This document shows positions 1 to 13,097 of a stretch of 64,000 bases of DNA, piece after piece. The position numbers and the translations under genes were made by a program. The DNA comes from Eledone cirrhosa (taxonomy: Eukaryota): contig OZ024758.1 of NCBI GenBank assembly GCA_964016885.1, positions 5,518,001 through 5,582,000 of the forward strand. The letters are read 5' to 3'. The notes under the pieces are model-generated. The model did no database searches. It had not been told where the DNA came from and was given only the letters and a program-made list of their open reading frames with translations. Numbering within the stretch: position 1 is the first letter of the stretch; every line of letters begins with the position of its first letter.

Positions 1-1322
1 AGTTTGCATGTTTGTGTTCTTGAGCAAAACACTTCATTTCATGTTGCTCCAGTATACTCAGCTGAAAACGAGTACCAGCAGCAATAGCTGGAGGTTTAAC
101 CCTGCAATGGACTGGCATCGTGTCCAGGGAGGGTCCTTGTACTTTCAGTCGCTTCACACCATGAAACCGGTATAAGCACCGGCCAAATGAGCCTTCTGGC
201 TTAAGACAAACTTTAGACTGTATAAATATAGTGTGTGTAACCAAGTTTGCTACAATATGTATGTGAATATCATCATCATCTTCATTTAACGTCCATCTTC
301 CGCGCTAGCATGGGTTAGACGGGAGTTGTCCCACTTGAGGCAAGGTTGGTCGGGTGACCGTGTCTCGCTCATATAGGACTATATGGCAGGTTTTCTACGG
401 CTGGATGCCCTTCCTAACACCAACCACATTTACAGTATTTATATACATATTTTTATATGTAGAAGTAATATATGCATTGACTAAATTGCGAGAAATAGGC
501 GTGAGAGTTCCCTTAAACCACATCCTACCATTTAAAAAAATATTAAATAATCTAGTTGGAGTTAGAGTATTTTTGAATCAAGATGGGATGGCCTCAGCTT
601 GAATGCACCCTTGATTAAGAGTAATGACCCCCTTCAGTCATGAATTACCATGGGATTTGCTTCTAGAAGGTTCTCCTGAGGCACAAGTGCGAGCAGGGTT
701 GTTTGTGGAAGACCAGCAGTTACCTATACATACCAGTTTCCCCTCTCCACACAGTCTCCCCTCTCAATATTGTCCAAGGGAAAGGCAATGGCCGATACAG
801 CTTGGTACCAGTGGCGTTGCAACTCATTTCTACATCTGAGTAAACTGTAGCAACATGAAATAAAGTTTCTTACACAACGACACAATGCATCACCTGGTTT
901 GAGAATCGAACTCACAACCTAGAGATTGCAAGCCCAATGCTCTAACCACTAAGCCATACTCCTTCACACCCTTGAGTATAGATCTGTTTAATGAGGGTTG
1001 ACCTGGAGCTAAATGGCAACTATATTCTTGAGAGTTGAAACTAGAGAGAATAAACACAATCCAATATTAGTTCTATAAAATATCAACTGAAATATTTGTC
1101 TATCAGAGAAATGTTTCCTTGGCTGTTAAAATCCTTTTAAAATATTCACTAACTTTCAAATTTTATTTGTTCCAAACCAAATCTGATTTTGTTTTCTTTT
1201 CCAAACTGGGAATTATTTGTTTTTATAACTATTTTACCAAATGTTTTAATTTTAGTGTTGAAAGATAGTTTATTTAATAAATATCTCAGCTGAATTAAGT
1301 TTTCCTTTTATTTTTCTACTAG

Positions 1323-4300
1323 GATCTGAGGATCCTGTAAGTTATCATGTGGATAACACACATGATGGCAAGACTTTTGTCAACCGATTTGTAAAGGCCA
1401 TCCAAAATGGAAAGACACTTATCAACATGCAGCTTTCATTCAAACGGAAAGAACTTGACTCGATTGAACATCAGTGGAAAATGCCAGAATGTCCTCTTCC
1501 AGAAGATCTTACTTCCGCAAATGAACTTTTTGATTCAAAATTGAGGTTTAAATTATCTTTTAATCTTTTTTTAAATGAAACACTTACCAGATAGGAAAGT
1601 GGTGGCACAAAGTGTTGTGCTGTGTTGTGCTACCCCCCTCATAACTATTTACAGTTAGATAGGCTTGGCTATTTGAAGTTTAAGTAATTAGTAAGAGTGG
1701 TGCTATGGTGCTGGGATACAAGCTAAAGAATTTGAGGAAGGTTTTGCCAAAAACCTATCAAATTTATCAGTACTATGTGAGTGTGTGCCTGTGTGTAGAT
1801 ACAGATACAGATATACACACAGTGGAGGCACATCGCCCAGGGGTAAGGGTGTTGGACTTATGATCTAAATGTTGTGTCTCTGATGTGAGGGGAATTTCCT
1901 CCTACTAGTCTCAGAGACCCTGAAAAAGGGTCATGAATATTGCCCTACTACACATGGAAGAAAATTGTACCAAAACCAAATAAAGGATATAAAAACCTGT
2001 TGAAAATTAAAAGACAAGAATATCAAACATAATCAAGACATATTTTTCTTAACCTCTTTTCAGCTATTTATAAATTTCAATTATTATTTGTAGGTAGGTG
2101 ATTGTAAAACACACACACACACATATATATGTATGAAAAATTCGGGACCCCGACAGCTGAGCTCTGGCTGTTTCAACAGCTAGATCCAAACTCGTTGAAA
2201 TGGTCGGGGTCCTGAATTTTTCATATTACCCACTCTACTGAGAAATGGTTTAACTGGTGAGAAATGGTTTAACTGGTTTTTACTGCCCCCAATCTGATAT
2301 ATATATATATATATATATATATTCATTTAAGTTTGGTGGATCTTTGAAGGAATTTCACCAGTCCGATTTCCTGTCATTTTACTCAAAAATATATATATAT
2401 ATGTATATACACTTGTATTTAAAACAACACTTTCATTTTATTATGTGACTTTCTGTCGTGTTAACCAACCTCTGATCTTTTTATTTAACTCTTTTTTTTT
2501 TCTTTTTTTTTATATTCTATATAAATAATTGTTTCTACTTTTGGCACAAGGCCAGCAATTATCCAGTACATTACTGGTACTTTATTTTATCGACCCCGTA
2601 AGGATGAAAGGCAAAGTTGACCATTATAAATAATGTTACTCATAATTTCAATGAAATTTTTATCATAAATATTCATTTTTTTTTTCCCTTCCATTTGCTT
2701 TTGAGGGAAGATAAAATGTTGATATTTTAAAATAGTTTTCATTTTATGGGCAAGGGTTAGCATTACTTACGGTGATCTTTTCCATTACACTTAAAATATA
2801 TAAGCAAAACACTCTAGAGAATAATCTAGCCAACACTACACCTGATATCCCCCCTCCATACACATACACACATGTATATCATGACTCATACACTGTTCAC
2901 TTTCCTGACATTTGAACATTATTCTATGTACTATACATGCACCTGACGAGTTGTAGTGCACCTGAGCACTGTACACAATAATTTCATTATTTAAAAAATT
3001 TTTTATATGTATCTGGTGTTTTGTTGTAACTCTTCAGTAAATACTTAGATTTTATTGAAATTTATCTCTCACTAAGGCAAGACAGACTAATGCTATATGA
3101 TAGGTGTGTCAAACATGTGGCCCGCGGCCCTTTACAAGCACAGCTGTGGTCCACACAAAGGCTTTTACAGTGCAAGCAACATGTTTTATCTTTGTAATAT
3201 AAAATATTAAAAATTAGTTGTAATGTGCGCAATTATTTGTCATGTGTGGCCCTCAGACAACACATATGTGACCCATGTGGCCCTCGGGGAACCCTCAGTT
3301 TGACATGCTTGTTATACGAGGTTCCAAGTAAGATTTAACTCTGAAAACATCTTAATACTACTTGAACCTGAGTATGGTATAAGCTTATGGTTCATTATAA
3401 TTTGTGAAAATATTAACTTTCAAAGTATGTAACTGCTGTTTAGTCTCTCTTGAGCTCGACAGGCCAGTGCTTATCCCACTTTCATCGTCATTAAGCAACT
3501 GAGAGTAAATGATCCTCTCCTGGACAGGATGCCAGTCCTTTGCATTGTTAAATCCCCAGCTATTGCTGCTGGTACTCATTTTCAGCTGAGCAACATGAAA
3601 TGAAGTGTTTTGCTCAAGAATAAAACACACAACCCAGTCCAGGAATTGAACCCACTACATTATGAGTGTAAATCCAACACCCTTACCACTAGGCCACACA
3701 CCTCCACTAACACCCTTACCACTAGGCCACGTTAACACTAAATTATATTTATTGTTACCTACATTGATGTATTGGGAAAATGTCACCTACGATGCTGAAA
3801 GGTTTGGGACAGGTCATATTTAACTTAAATATCTGAAAGGTTATGACAGGTCTTACCTAACATAAACATCTGAAACTACTCACCAACTTCCTGTTAGACT
3901 ATTTCACTTCATTTATTGTGGTGTCACTCTCTGTTTGTCTCTCTCTCTCTCTCGCTCTCTCTCTCTATGTGTGTGTCTACTTATCTCTCTCTCTCTATGT
4001 GTGTGTGTTTGTACTTATCTCTCTCTGTCTCTGCTTTATTTTCAATTAATTAGGATCAGGAGAAGCTCCACAAATGAGAATACAAACTATGTTAACCAAA
4101 CCAATCAACCAGTAGGGATTAGGCGAGTGTTCTCATGATTTCCGCTTTAATCATTTTATTTCATTTCATTTTATTTTTTCAGTGAAATAAATGACAAACA
4201 TTTGAAAGAAGTTTTAAATTTTCGCCGACCTTCAGACTCTTACATTGATATTCGACCTGTTGATCCAGAAACATTGTTCAGAGTAAAACCATTGCCACCG

Positions 4301-7300
4301 AAGAGGTTATTATGGCTGAAATATGTTGGAAAAGTTCGTAAGTAGATGAGAATACATAAAAATATTATTGATAAATAAACATTGTAGCACTCAGTCCACA
4401 AGTGGTCGTGTAGGAGACACAGTAAAAAGGCTCCCAGTTCACACTGTAAAGTGGTCGTGTAGGAGACACAGTAAAAAGGCTCCCAGTCCACACTGTAAAG
4501 TGGTCATGTAGGAGACACAGTAAAAAGGCTCCCAGTCCACACTGTAAAGTGGTCATGTAGGAGACACAGTAAAAAGGCTCCCAGTCCACACTGTAAAGTG
4601 GTCGTGTAGGAGACACAGTAAAAAGGCTCCCAGTCCACACTGTAAAGTGGTCATGTAGGAGACACAGTAAAAAGGCTCCCAGTCCACACTGTAAAGTGGT
4701 CGTGTAGGAGACAGGGTAAAAAGGCTCCCAGTCCACACTGTAAAGTGGTCATGTAGGAGACACAGTAAAAAGGCTCCCAGTCCACACTGTAAAGTGGTCA
4801 TGTAGGAGACAAGGTAAAAAGGCTCCCAGTTCACACTGTAAAGTGGTCGTGTAGGAGACAGGGTAAAAAGGCTCCCAGTCCACACTGTAAAGTGGTCATG
4901 TAGGAGACACAGTAAAAAGGCTCCCAGTCCACACTGTAAAGTGGTCATGTAGGAGACACAGTAAAAAGGCTCCCAGTCCACACTGTAAAGTGGTCGTGTA
5001 GGAGACAGGGTAAAAAGGCTCCCAGTCCACACTGTAAAGTGGTCATGTAGGAGACACAGTAAAAAGGCTCCCAGTCCACACTGTAAAGTGGTCATGTAGG
5101 AGACACACTAAAAAGGCTCCCAGTCCACACTGTAAAGTGGTCGTGTAGGAGACAGGGTAAAAAGGCTCCCAGTCCACACTGTAAAGTGGTCATGTAGGAG
5201 ACCCAGTAAAAAGGCACCCAGTCCACACTGTAAATGTGGTTGGTGTTAGGAAGGGCATCCAACCGTAGAAAACCTACCAGATAGTCTTATACGAGCGAGA
5301 CACGGTGACCCGACCAATCTTGCTTCAAGTAGAACAACTCCTGTCTAACCCATGCTAGCGTGGAAGATACACGTTAAACAATGATGATGATGATATATAT
5401 ATATATATATCTTGTCTCCTTGAACTATATAATATACATATATATATATCTGAATATATTAGTATAGTTAATACGAACCATTGTGAGATATGTAATAAAA
5501 AAACGATTAGTTTCAAAAAGGTGGTAGACTTATATAAAGAGCAATAGATGACAAAGAAGGTAATAGTCGTGAAATATATTGAAATACACTGGGAGGCAAA
5601 ACATGACTTTGGTTTTGTCATTATTTACCCTTTATATATTGAAATATACTGGGAGAGAAAACATTACTTTATTTGGTTTTATCATTTTCCCCTTTATATA
5701 TTGAAATATACTGGAGGTAAAACATTACTATGTTTGGTTTTGTCATCATTTGCCCTTTATATATTGAAATATACTGGAAGTAAAACATTACTTTGTTTGG
5801 GTTTGTTTTTCATCATTTGCCCTTTATATATTGAAATATACTGGAAGTAAAACATTACTTTGTTTGGGTTTGTTTTTCATCATTTGCCCTTTATATATTG
5901 AAATATACTGGAAGTAAAGCATTACTTTGTTTGGGTTTGTTTTTCATCATTTGCCCTTTATATATTTCTACCATATTGTTTTGAAATTCATCCGTTTTTT
6001 TAATTACATATCTGTATACATGTATGTGTATCTATATATATATGAATACATGTATGTGTATCTATATATATATATGAATACATGTATGTGTATCTATATA
6101 TATATGAATACATGTATGTGTATCTATATATATATATGAATACATGTATGTGTATCTATATATATATGAATACATGTATATATATATATATGAATACATG
6201 TATGTGTGTATGTGTATATATATATATACATGTATGTGTATATATGTATATGAATACATGTGTGTATATATGTATATGAATACATGTGTGTATATAAGTA
6301 TATGTATACATGTGTGTATATATGTATATGTATACATGTGTGTATATATGTATATGTATACATGTGTGTATATATGTATACATGTATGTGTATCTATGTA
6401 TACATGTATGTGTATCTATGTATACATGTGTGTATATATGTATACATGTATGTGTATATATGTATACATGTATGTGTATGTATACATGTGTGCATGTGTA
6501 TCATTATGTAGTGAGTGTCATGTTATCTCTGGGAATATCTTATCACATTTTTCATTTTCCATAAAGTTTTATCAATTTATCCGAAGGTTAGACTTTTTGT
6601 TTTTCTCTTTAGTTTGTGTTGTGTTTATTTAATCTAAATTGGAAGAATGAAAAGGATTGGAATCCCAATTCTGTAGATTTTCCTCTTGTTTAACTCTTTC
6701 ATGACTATATTTCTAATGAAATACACTTTGTTTCAATTAATTAATGAATAATTTTGAAGGATTTACTAAAATTATTAATTATTTCATTACTAAAATAGTA
6801 ACTTAATGTCAGATTATTATGTCGGAAGATTTTAGTTTAACCTTTTAGTATTTAAACCGGCCAGAATTCCATCACCTCTTTCTGTTCAAACTGGCTGTAA
6901 CTAGCCACTCATACTTAGGTTAAGGTATTGTTCTCAAAATAAATAATACCAAAATCTCATAGATTCAATTTGTGATATATCATGTAGATAAAGCCTTTAC
7001 TGTGAAAATATACTAGTATATATAGAGAGTAATGTAAATGCTAAAGTGTTAAATTGGAAACCTTTAAAATGGGTGGGTTTTATTTTATAGAAGCAGAGTT
7101 GGTTTTGGCTAGGTTGGTAATTAAAGAGTAAAAGAAGAATCTGCCTGATACTCACTCTTTTACTTCTGCTGCACCAACAGCTGTTATTGGCTGAGGCGTT
7201 ATCAAATCACTCTGCAAGTAGTGTGTTAACAGTTGTTATCTCAGCATCAACACTGCTGCATATCATTTACATAACTCTCACTTCTTAAATATGCAATATG

Positions 7301-10300
7301 TCTAGCTGTAAATAAATACCATGAAAATGTTACAACTCACTAACTTAATCTGTAGGTTGTTTTGTTACTTACAGTACTGGGTTCAAATCTTGTTATATAC
7401 TAAAGCTGTGATAAACTGTTATCTTCTATTCAAAAATAAAGATATCTTTCACCAATCAAATGCTGTGAAAATAAACCAACTCTATTACAAATAACAACTA
7501 GGCAGGCAGTATACTCAAGTATTTGTAATTATGAATCATTTAACCCAATTCATACCAAACTATACATGGTTCTCTGATGCAAAACTGTTTATTTTAACCT
7601 TGTAACATTTAAACTAGCCATATCTGGCCAGAATTCTCTCACCTCTTTCTGTTCAAATTGGCTGTAACTGGCCACTCATATTGATGTTAAAGTATTGTTC
7701 TCAAAATAAGTAATATAAAAATCTCGTAAATTGGATATTATGTAAGATAAAGCCTTTACCATGAAAATATAATAGTAAATATAGAGTAATGTAAATGTTA
7801 AAGGGTTAAAGTGTTTATATCTAAGAACCTTCCACCATAAGTCCATGTAAAGACCTTTGTTAAGCTATGTTCCAAACACCAGATACTGGTTAATTAATAA
7901 ATAAAATGAAAATCATAGGTAGAATTTTTCATTAGAAATAATAGTTTCTGATTTAGGCACAAGGCCAGCAATTTTTTTTTGGGGGGGGGGGGGGGGGGGG
8001 GGGGTATCAATTAAATCGATGTCAGTACGTTATTGGTACTTTATTTTGTTGACCCCATAAGGATGAAAGGCAAAGCTAACCTTGGTAGGGTTAGATCTTA
8101 GAAAGTAAAGGGCCGTAACTCGATGCCGCAAAGCATGTCTGATGCTCTATCGATTGCTGCCTATAGAAATAATGATTTCTACTATAGGCACAAGGCCAGC
8201 AATTTGGGGGAGGGGAAAGTCGATTAAATCGACCCCAGTACATTACTGATACTTTATTTTATCACCCCCGTAAGGATGAAAGGCAAATCCTCAGCGGGAT
8301 TTGAACTCAGATCACAAAGGGCCGTAACTCTATGCTGAAAAGCATGGCGTCCGACCCTCTACCGATTCTGCCTATAGAAATAATTGTTTCTACTTTAGGC
8401 ACAAGGCCAGCAATTACCCAGTGCATTACTGGTACTTTATTTTATCGACCCCGTAAGGATGAAAGGCAAAGTCAATAGAAATAATGAAAGAATTATAAAA
8501 TAAATTCAGTCAATAGACCACTCCTATTGCTCCAAGCATTAATTCTCTATATTTTACACTAGATATTTATTTATTAAGCATGCAGAAAAAGGAAAGGACT
8601 ATAAATGTCATAAATGAGAGCTTAAAGAGGGGACGGCTACTAGACAAAGGAAGGGGGAAGGGAGACTCGCTCTACACTTAGCTGCTTCAACCCTTTTAAG
8701 TATTTAGTTATCAGCAGTTAAGGAATAACATTGCACCTACTGAACTCTTCAAAATGGAGGTCAGGAAACTGAAAAATGTCAACATATTCAAATTAAAGAC
8801 ATTGCAAAAAATAAATGTTCATAATTTGTGTGTATATGTATCTATATATGTGTATATGTATCTATATATGTGTATATATATATATGTATGTATATATGTC
8901 TATATATATGTGTGTATATATATATGTGTATATATATATGTATGTATATGTGTGTATATATGTATGTATGTATATATGTATGTATATATATATATATATA
9001 TGTATATATCATCATCATCACCGTTTAACGTCTATCTTTCCTGTTGTGAACAATGTCATGTCTTGCTCATACAGAACTGATTTTGGCTTGGTCTCTTCAG
9101 CTGGATGCCCTTCCTAACGCCAACCACATTTACAGTGTGTGCTGGGTGCTTTTTGTCATGATACCTACACAACCACTTTACATGTGTATGCATGCACGTG
9201 TGTGTATATATATGTTTGTATGTAATACAGAGTACCCGACCTCCCATGGGTACAAGCTGAAGCATATAGACAATATACCCCCACACCCTCCCACTGCAAG
9301 GTGGTCGTGGAGGTGCCACGGCAAAAAAGCACCCAGCCCACACTGTAAAGTGGACGTGTAGGCGCCACGAAAAAAAGCACCCAGCACTCACTGTAAATAA
9401 AGTTGGTGTTAGGAAGGGCATCCAGCTGTAGAAATCAAGCCAAATCAGTACCTGTATGAGCAAGGCATGGTCAGCCGACCAGACACTGCCCACAACAGGA
9501 CAACTCGTCTAACCCATGCTAGCATGGAAGAACGGACATAAAACGGTGATGATGATGATGTATATATAATTTTTTCAAATTATTTTAATCACTTTTTTTC
9601 ATTTTTTTCTCTTCAGAGAAAGACCAAAATTATCATCGCTGTATTTTAACACTTTTTTCTGATAACATCGCTGAAACTTCACTTCTCCCAAACACTGCAC
9701 CAAAAAATAAATTATTCATCACCTCGTTTGATCATTCAATTTGGTTCCATAATGATGTTGATATGAATGAGTGGATGTTATATGAAACAGAAAGCTCATA
9801 CGCTGGTTAGTATAAATTATTTTATTATCTTTATATTTTACTTTACTACATATTAGCATATTAGCTATACTAATCCTTGATAGCAGTATGAGTTGTTAGA
9901 ATGCTTTCTGGTATTCATTTCCAACTCTTTCATTAGATACCGCTCAATATAATTATTTCTTCTTTTGGCACAAGGCCAGCAATTATCCCAGCGCATTACT
10001 GGTACTTTATGTTATCGACTCCATAAGGATGAAAGGCAAAGTTAACCCTGGCGGGATTTCAACTCAGACCGTATATAGCCGTAACTCGATTCTTCAAAGC
10101 ATGGCGTCCGACCCTCTACCGATACTGCCAATCCACCGCCCTGCTCAATATGATGTTTATATAATGACTGGTGTTTCAGGATATTGTGAGATTCTCTGTA
10201 TTGAATATGTTTGTTTTTCATTTCAATTATTTTATAATAAAAAATCTCTACATTATATAATATCAAATGTAAAATAAATTCCCTGCTTGGAAAGACTTGA

Positions 10301-11006
10301 TTTCTCAAGCAATGAACCTATGATTATCTGGCTTTCTCTCTAACTCTTATGTGGTGGTGTGTGGCCTAGTGGTAAAGGTGTTGGATTTATAATCATAATG
10401 TTGTGGGTTTGATTCCTTGACTGGGTTGTGTGTTGTGCGCTTCATTTCATGTTGCTCCGGTCTGTGTGTGTGACAGCTGCCACCTATGCAGGTTTAGCTG
10501 GCCTCTGCCAAGGTATATCTCGTTGGAGGTGTCTTGGGTAATTTAATGATAGGGACCCCAGTCCTATCATCTCATTTCTACAGCTGAGTAAACTGGAGCA
10601 ACGTGAAGTAAAGTGTCTTGCTCAAGGAAACAACAGATCACCTGGTCCGAGAATTGAACTCACAACCTTTCGATTGCAAGCCCAATGCTCTAACCACTAA
10701 GTATACTCCAGTATACTCAACTGAAAATGAGTACCAGCAATAGCTAGGAGTTTAACCTTGTGATGGACTGGCATCCTGTCCAGGGGAAGGGGAAGTCTTG
10801 TACTTAGAGTCCTTTAATGCCATGGAAACCAGTATAAGTACTGGCCCGATGGGCCTCAGGTCCTGGAATGTTTATTAATTTTCAATTTCTTCTTTTGTCT
10901 AATTGCAGGTGATGGAACAGGGTTTAACACAGGACGTTTCTGGGCACAAAATGGTACTTTACTTGCTTCAGTCTCTCAGCAAAGTGTCATAAGAGCATTG
11001 CTTTAA
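1323..11006 (+). CDS. ACOT8: Acyl-CoA thioesterase 8 (TesB-like hot-dog fold), last four coding exons; 5' exons lie upstream of the window
   Basis: Exons 1323-1545, 4183-4337, 9617-9805 and 10909-11006 have GT-AG junctions with consistent phases. Translation: (G)[30 protein letters not shown]...SFK...[15 protein letters not shown] / IDIRPVDP...[10 protein letters not shown] / [12 protein letters not shown]...[29 protein letters not shown] / [32 protein letters not shown]. These are the TesB/ACOT8 motifs (DGxxF, SD, SxDHxxWFH, WxLY, GxLxASxxQ). Confidence 0.93.
3101..3311. mobile_element. Second, older copy of the same hAT-type MITE
   Basis: TAGGTGTGTCAAAC...GTTTGACATGCTTG with degenerate 8-bp TSD CTATATGA/TTATACGA; the body aligns to 23538-24013. 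Confidence 0.75.
4395..5235. repeat. 49-bp minisatellite (~17 copies) expanded inside an RTE-tailed SINE-like element (tail to ~5392)
   Basis: Unit AGTGGTCATGTAGGAGACACAGTAAAAAGGCTCCCAGTCCACACTGTAA. Confidence 0.95.
5572..5965. repeat. AT-rich tandem repeat of ~60-66 bp (~6 copies)
   Basis: Recurring TATATATTGAAATATACTGGA..AAACATTACTTT..GGTTT..TCATCATTTGCCCTT. Confidence 0.85.
6010..6500. repeat. Compound TA/TG microsatellite (similar tracts at 8827-9008, 27577-27887, 46422-46765, 58670-58790 and 60461-60549)
   Basis: Alternating purine-pyrimidine low-complexity sequence. Confidence 0.95.
9955..10142 (-). mobile_element. tRNA-derived SINE family A, about 20 copies in the window (e.g. 2525, 7940-8475, 13155, 15785, 16995, 25372+, 28185, 36240, 36820+, 39935, 43455-44130, 47100, 53620, 54398+, 58925, 63495+)
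   Basis: The minus strand has an A-box-like TGGCAGTATCGG and B-box GAGTTCAAATCC (consensus of copies), followed by a conserved body ..cctttcatccttacggggtcgataaaataaagtaccagtaatg..ggccttgtgcc and an AT-rich tail. Confidence 0.85.
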
Positions 11007-11188
11007 ACCATGTCCTCATAATATTTCTGTGATATCGACACTTTTACATGTCTGTTATCGTTTTGTTTTTATTCAATTAAATTATTTACTATATGACTCA
11101 GTGTTTCTCTTTACTTTCTTCAACATTTTTCTCCATTGCGAGAATAACATTTCACCATATTGATTTTGCTTTTGTATGTCTAAATTGT

Positions 11189-11620
11189 GAAGGCGCATGG
11201 CTTAGTGGTTAGAGCATTGGGCTTGCAATTGAAAGATTGAGAGGTCGATTCTCGAACTGGGTGATGCGTTGTGTCTTTGAGCAAGACACTTTATTTCACG
11301 TTGCTCCAGTTTACTCAGCTGTAGAAATGAGTTGCAACATCACTGGTACAAGCCATATCAGCCATTGCCTTTCCCTTGGACAACATCATATATAATGTAT
11401 ATATATGCTGTATATATAGTGTATATATTAGTTTTGATGTCACGGGTGCCAAACTGTATCAGCCATAGCTTTTCCCTTGAACGTCATCGGTGGTGTGGAC
11501 AGGGGAGGCTGGTATGCATGGGTGACTGCTGGTCTTCCACAAAACAACTTTGCCCGGACTTGTGCCTCAGAGGGGAACTTTCTAGGTGTAAAACCATGGT
11601 CATTCGTGACTGAAGGTCTT
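11189..11620 (+). mobile_element. tRNA-derived SINE family B with CORE-like central segment; copies at 624-968(-), 10570-10700(-), 44900-45080(-) and 54600-54740(-)
   Basis: TGGCTTAGTGG A box, GGTCGATTC B-box-like sequence, then tgtgtctttgagcaagacactttatttcac. Confidence 0.8.
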
Positions 11621-12814
11621 CAATGTCTAAATCACAACATCTTATATTCTGAGGCTTATCTATGAGGGTCGGCTGACCAAGATACTCTCAAATGAGGTTT
11701 TTGTTTCAACATAGTTCTTGGAAACAATGTAGTGGGATGCTATCTTTACCGGGAGCTTTATTGAATGGCAGTTGCTTGTACTTCATTCAAGCTTGGATTA
11801 AATGCTAATTTGTGTATCTCTGGCTTTTGTAAAATAAATATTACATTTCCATCTGCATTCAATTCAGAAGAATGAACCCTCTCAAAATGTTCCTTCCAGT
11901 GAGAGTATCTCGGCTTTGTCTGTGTCTGATAAAACCAACACCAGATTAAGGTGGTCGTCTTCACTTCTTCTGGACCAGAAGACTGTCAGGTCGTGATTGA
12001 GAGTTACTGGTAACATGTAACACAGTACAACCTCTCATGTGATCAGCTTGCTTGGTGAGGAGGGTAAATTTTGGATATCCTGCGAGACAAAAAAATCAAA
12101 CTTGTTAAAAGGGCAGAGGAACTCTTGAGAGTCAATGGCCATCTAATACCTGGGGTGTGTTGTTTACAGGGTTCATGGCAAAATTTGGCACCAATCCTTT
12201 ATCAACATTTCCAAAATATGTGGCTGGTCCAACACAAGCCCTCATCACTATAAACAATTCATTTGTGTGGGTAGCACAACAGCTCTACCAGTTTTATCTA
12301 TTTGTTATCCCACCATTGGCACAAAACCCACAGGGACATGTAAAGTGTTTTACAGGAAGTCCTTAACTGGAGCTTTACATAGTGGTGACCATCAAGTGGT
12401 GGCTGTTCATGTACAAATATGAGCAATTTGTGCTGCTGCTTTTTTATTCTGCCATCAACACAACCACTCCACAGTGGACTGGGTACTTCTCATTGACAAG
12501 ATGGGCTGGATGCTTTTTTACCATGTCATCAGTATGAGCCCCTTACATGGTGAACTAGGGGCTTTTGTGTCTGTCTTTCGTCAGTTTGCATTTGACACTG
12601 TTAGTGGAGACATTTTATTATATCTTGCATGAACTAAAGTCGTGCAGCTCAGTTGTTCAACAAGCAGAGATCAGTTAGAATAAGGGTTGGTATCAGGAAA
12701 GGCATCTGGTCATAGAATACTGCCTCAAGAAAGTTTTGTCCAACCCATGCTAGCATGAAAAAAAAAATTAACATGATATTGACTTAACTCAGTTGTTGGT
12801 ATTAATTTATGTCA

Positions 12815-13097
12815 GTCTTTAAAGTCTGACTAAAACCTGGAGGCCTATCAGGTTGGTGCATACCCCGGTGTCTGTGGCGTGAAGCGACAGAGTACAAAAC
12901 TCTCCCCTGGATAGGACACCAGTCCATCACAGGGTTAACAACCCAGTTACTAATGGTACTCATTCTTAGCTGAGTATACTGGAGCAACATGAAATGAAGT
13001 GTCTTGCTCAAGAACACAACACACAACCCAGACCAGGAATTGAACCCATGACATGATCGTAAGTCCAACACCCTTACCACTAGGCCATGTGCCCCCA
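12815..13097 (-). mobile_element. tRNA-derived SINE family C; copies at 1-215(+), 3440-3710(-), 10700-10860(+) and 45370-45655(-)
   Basis: TGGCCTAGTGG A box and GGTTCAATTCC B box; shares the central segment with family B but has a different 3' part. Confidence 0.8.

Noticed and set aside
1535-1543. Internal SKL at the end of an ACOT8 exon as a cryptic PTS1
   Set aside because: It is not followed by a stop codon in either the spliced or the intron-retained reading.
4365-5095. Repetitive Cys-containing ORFs and a CRISPR-like periodic appearance (also 38468-39152, 31113-31655, 23675-23990)
   Set aside because: Contiguous tandem units without unique spacers, no cas genes, and a eukaryotic context. 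The ORFs are by-products of minisatellites.
6062-6632. Many Y/I/C/V/M-rich ORFs (also near 8.8, 27.4, 46.4 and 58.6 kb)
   Set aside because: Translations of TA/TG microsatellites.
11189-11270. tRNA-like sequences at SINE heads (also 46945-47010, 10350-10420, 48315-48365)
   Set aside because: A and B boxes are present but there is no complete cloverleaf, and they continue into SINE bodies.
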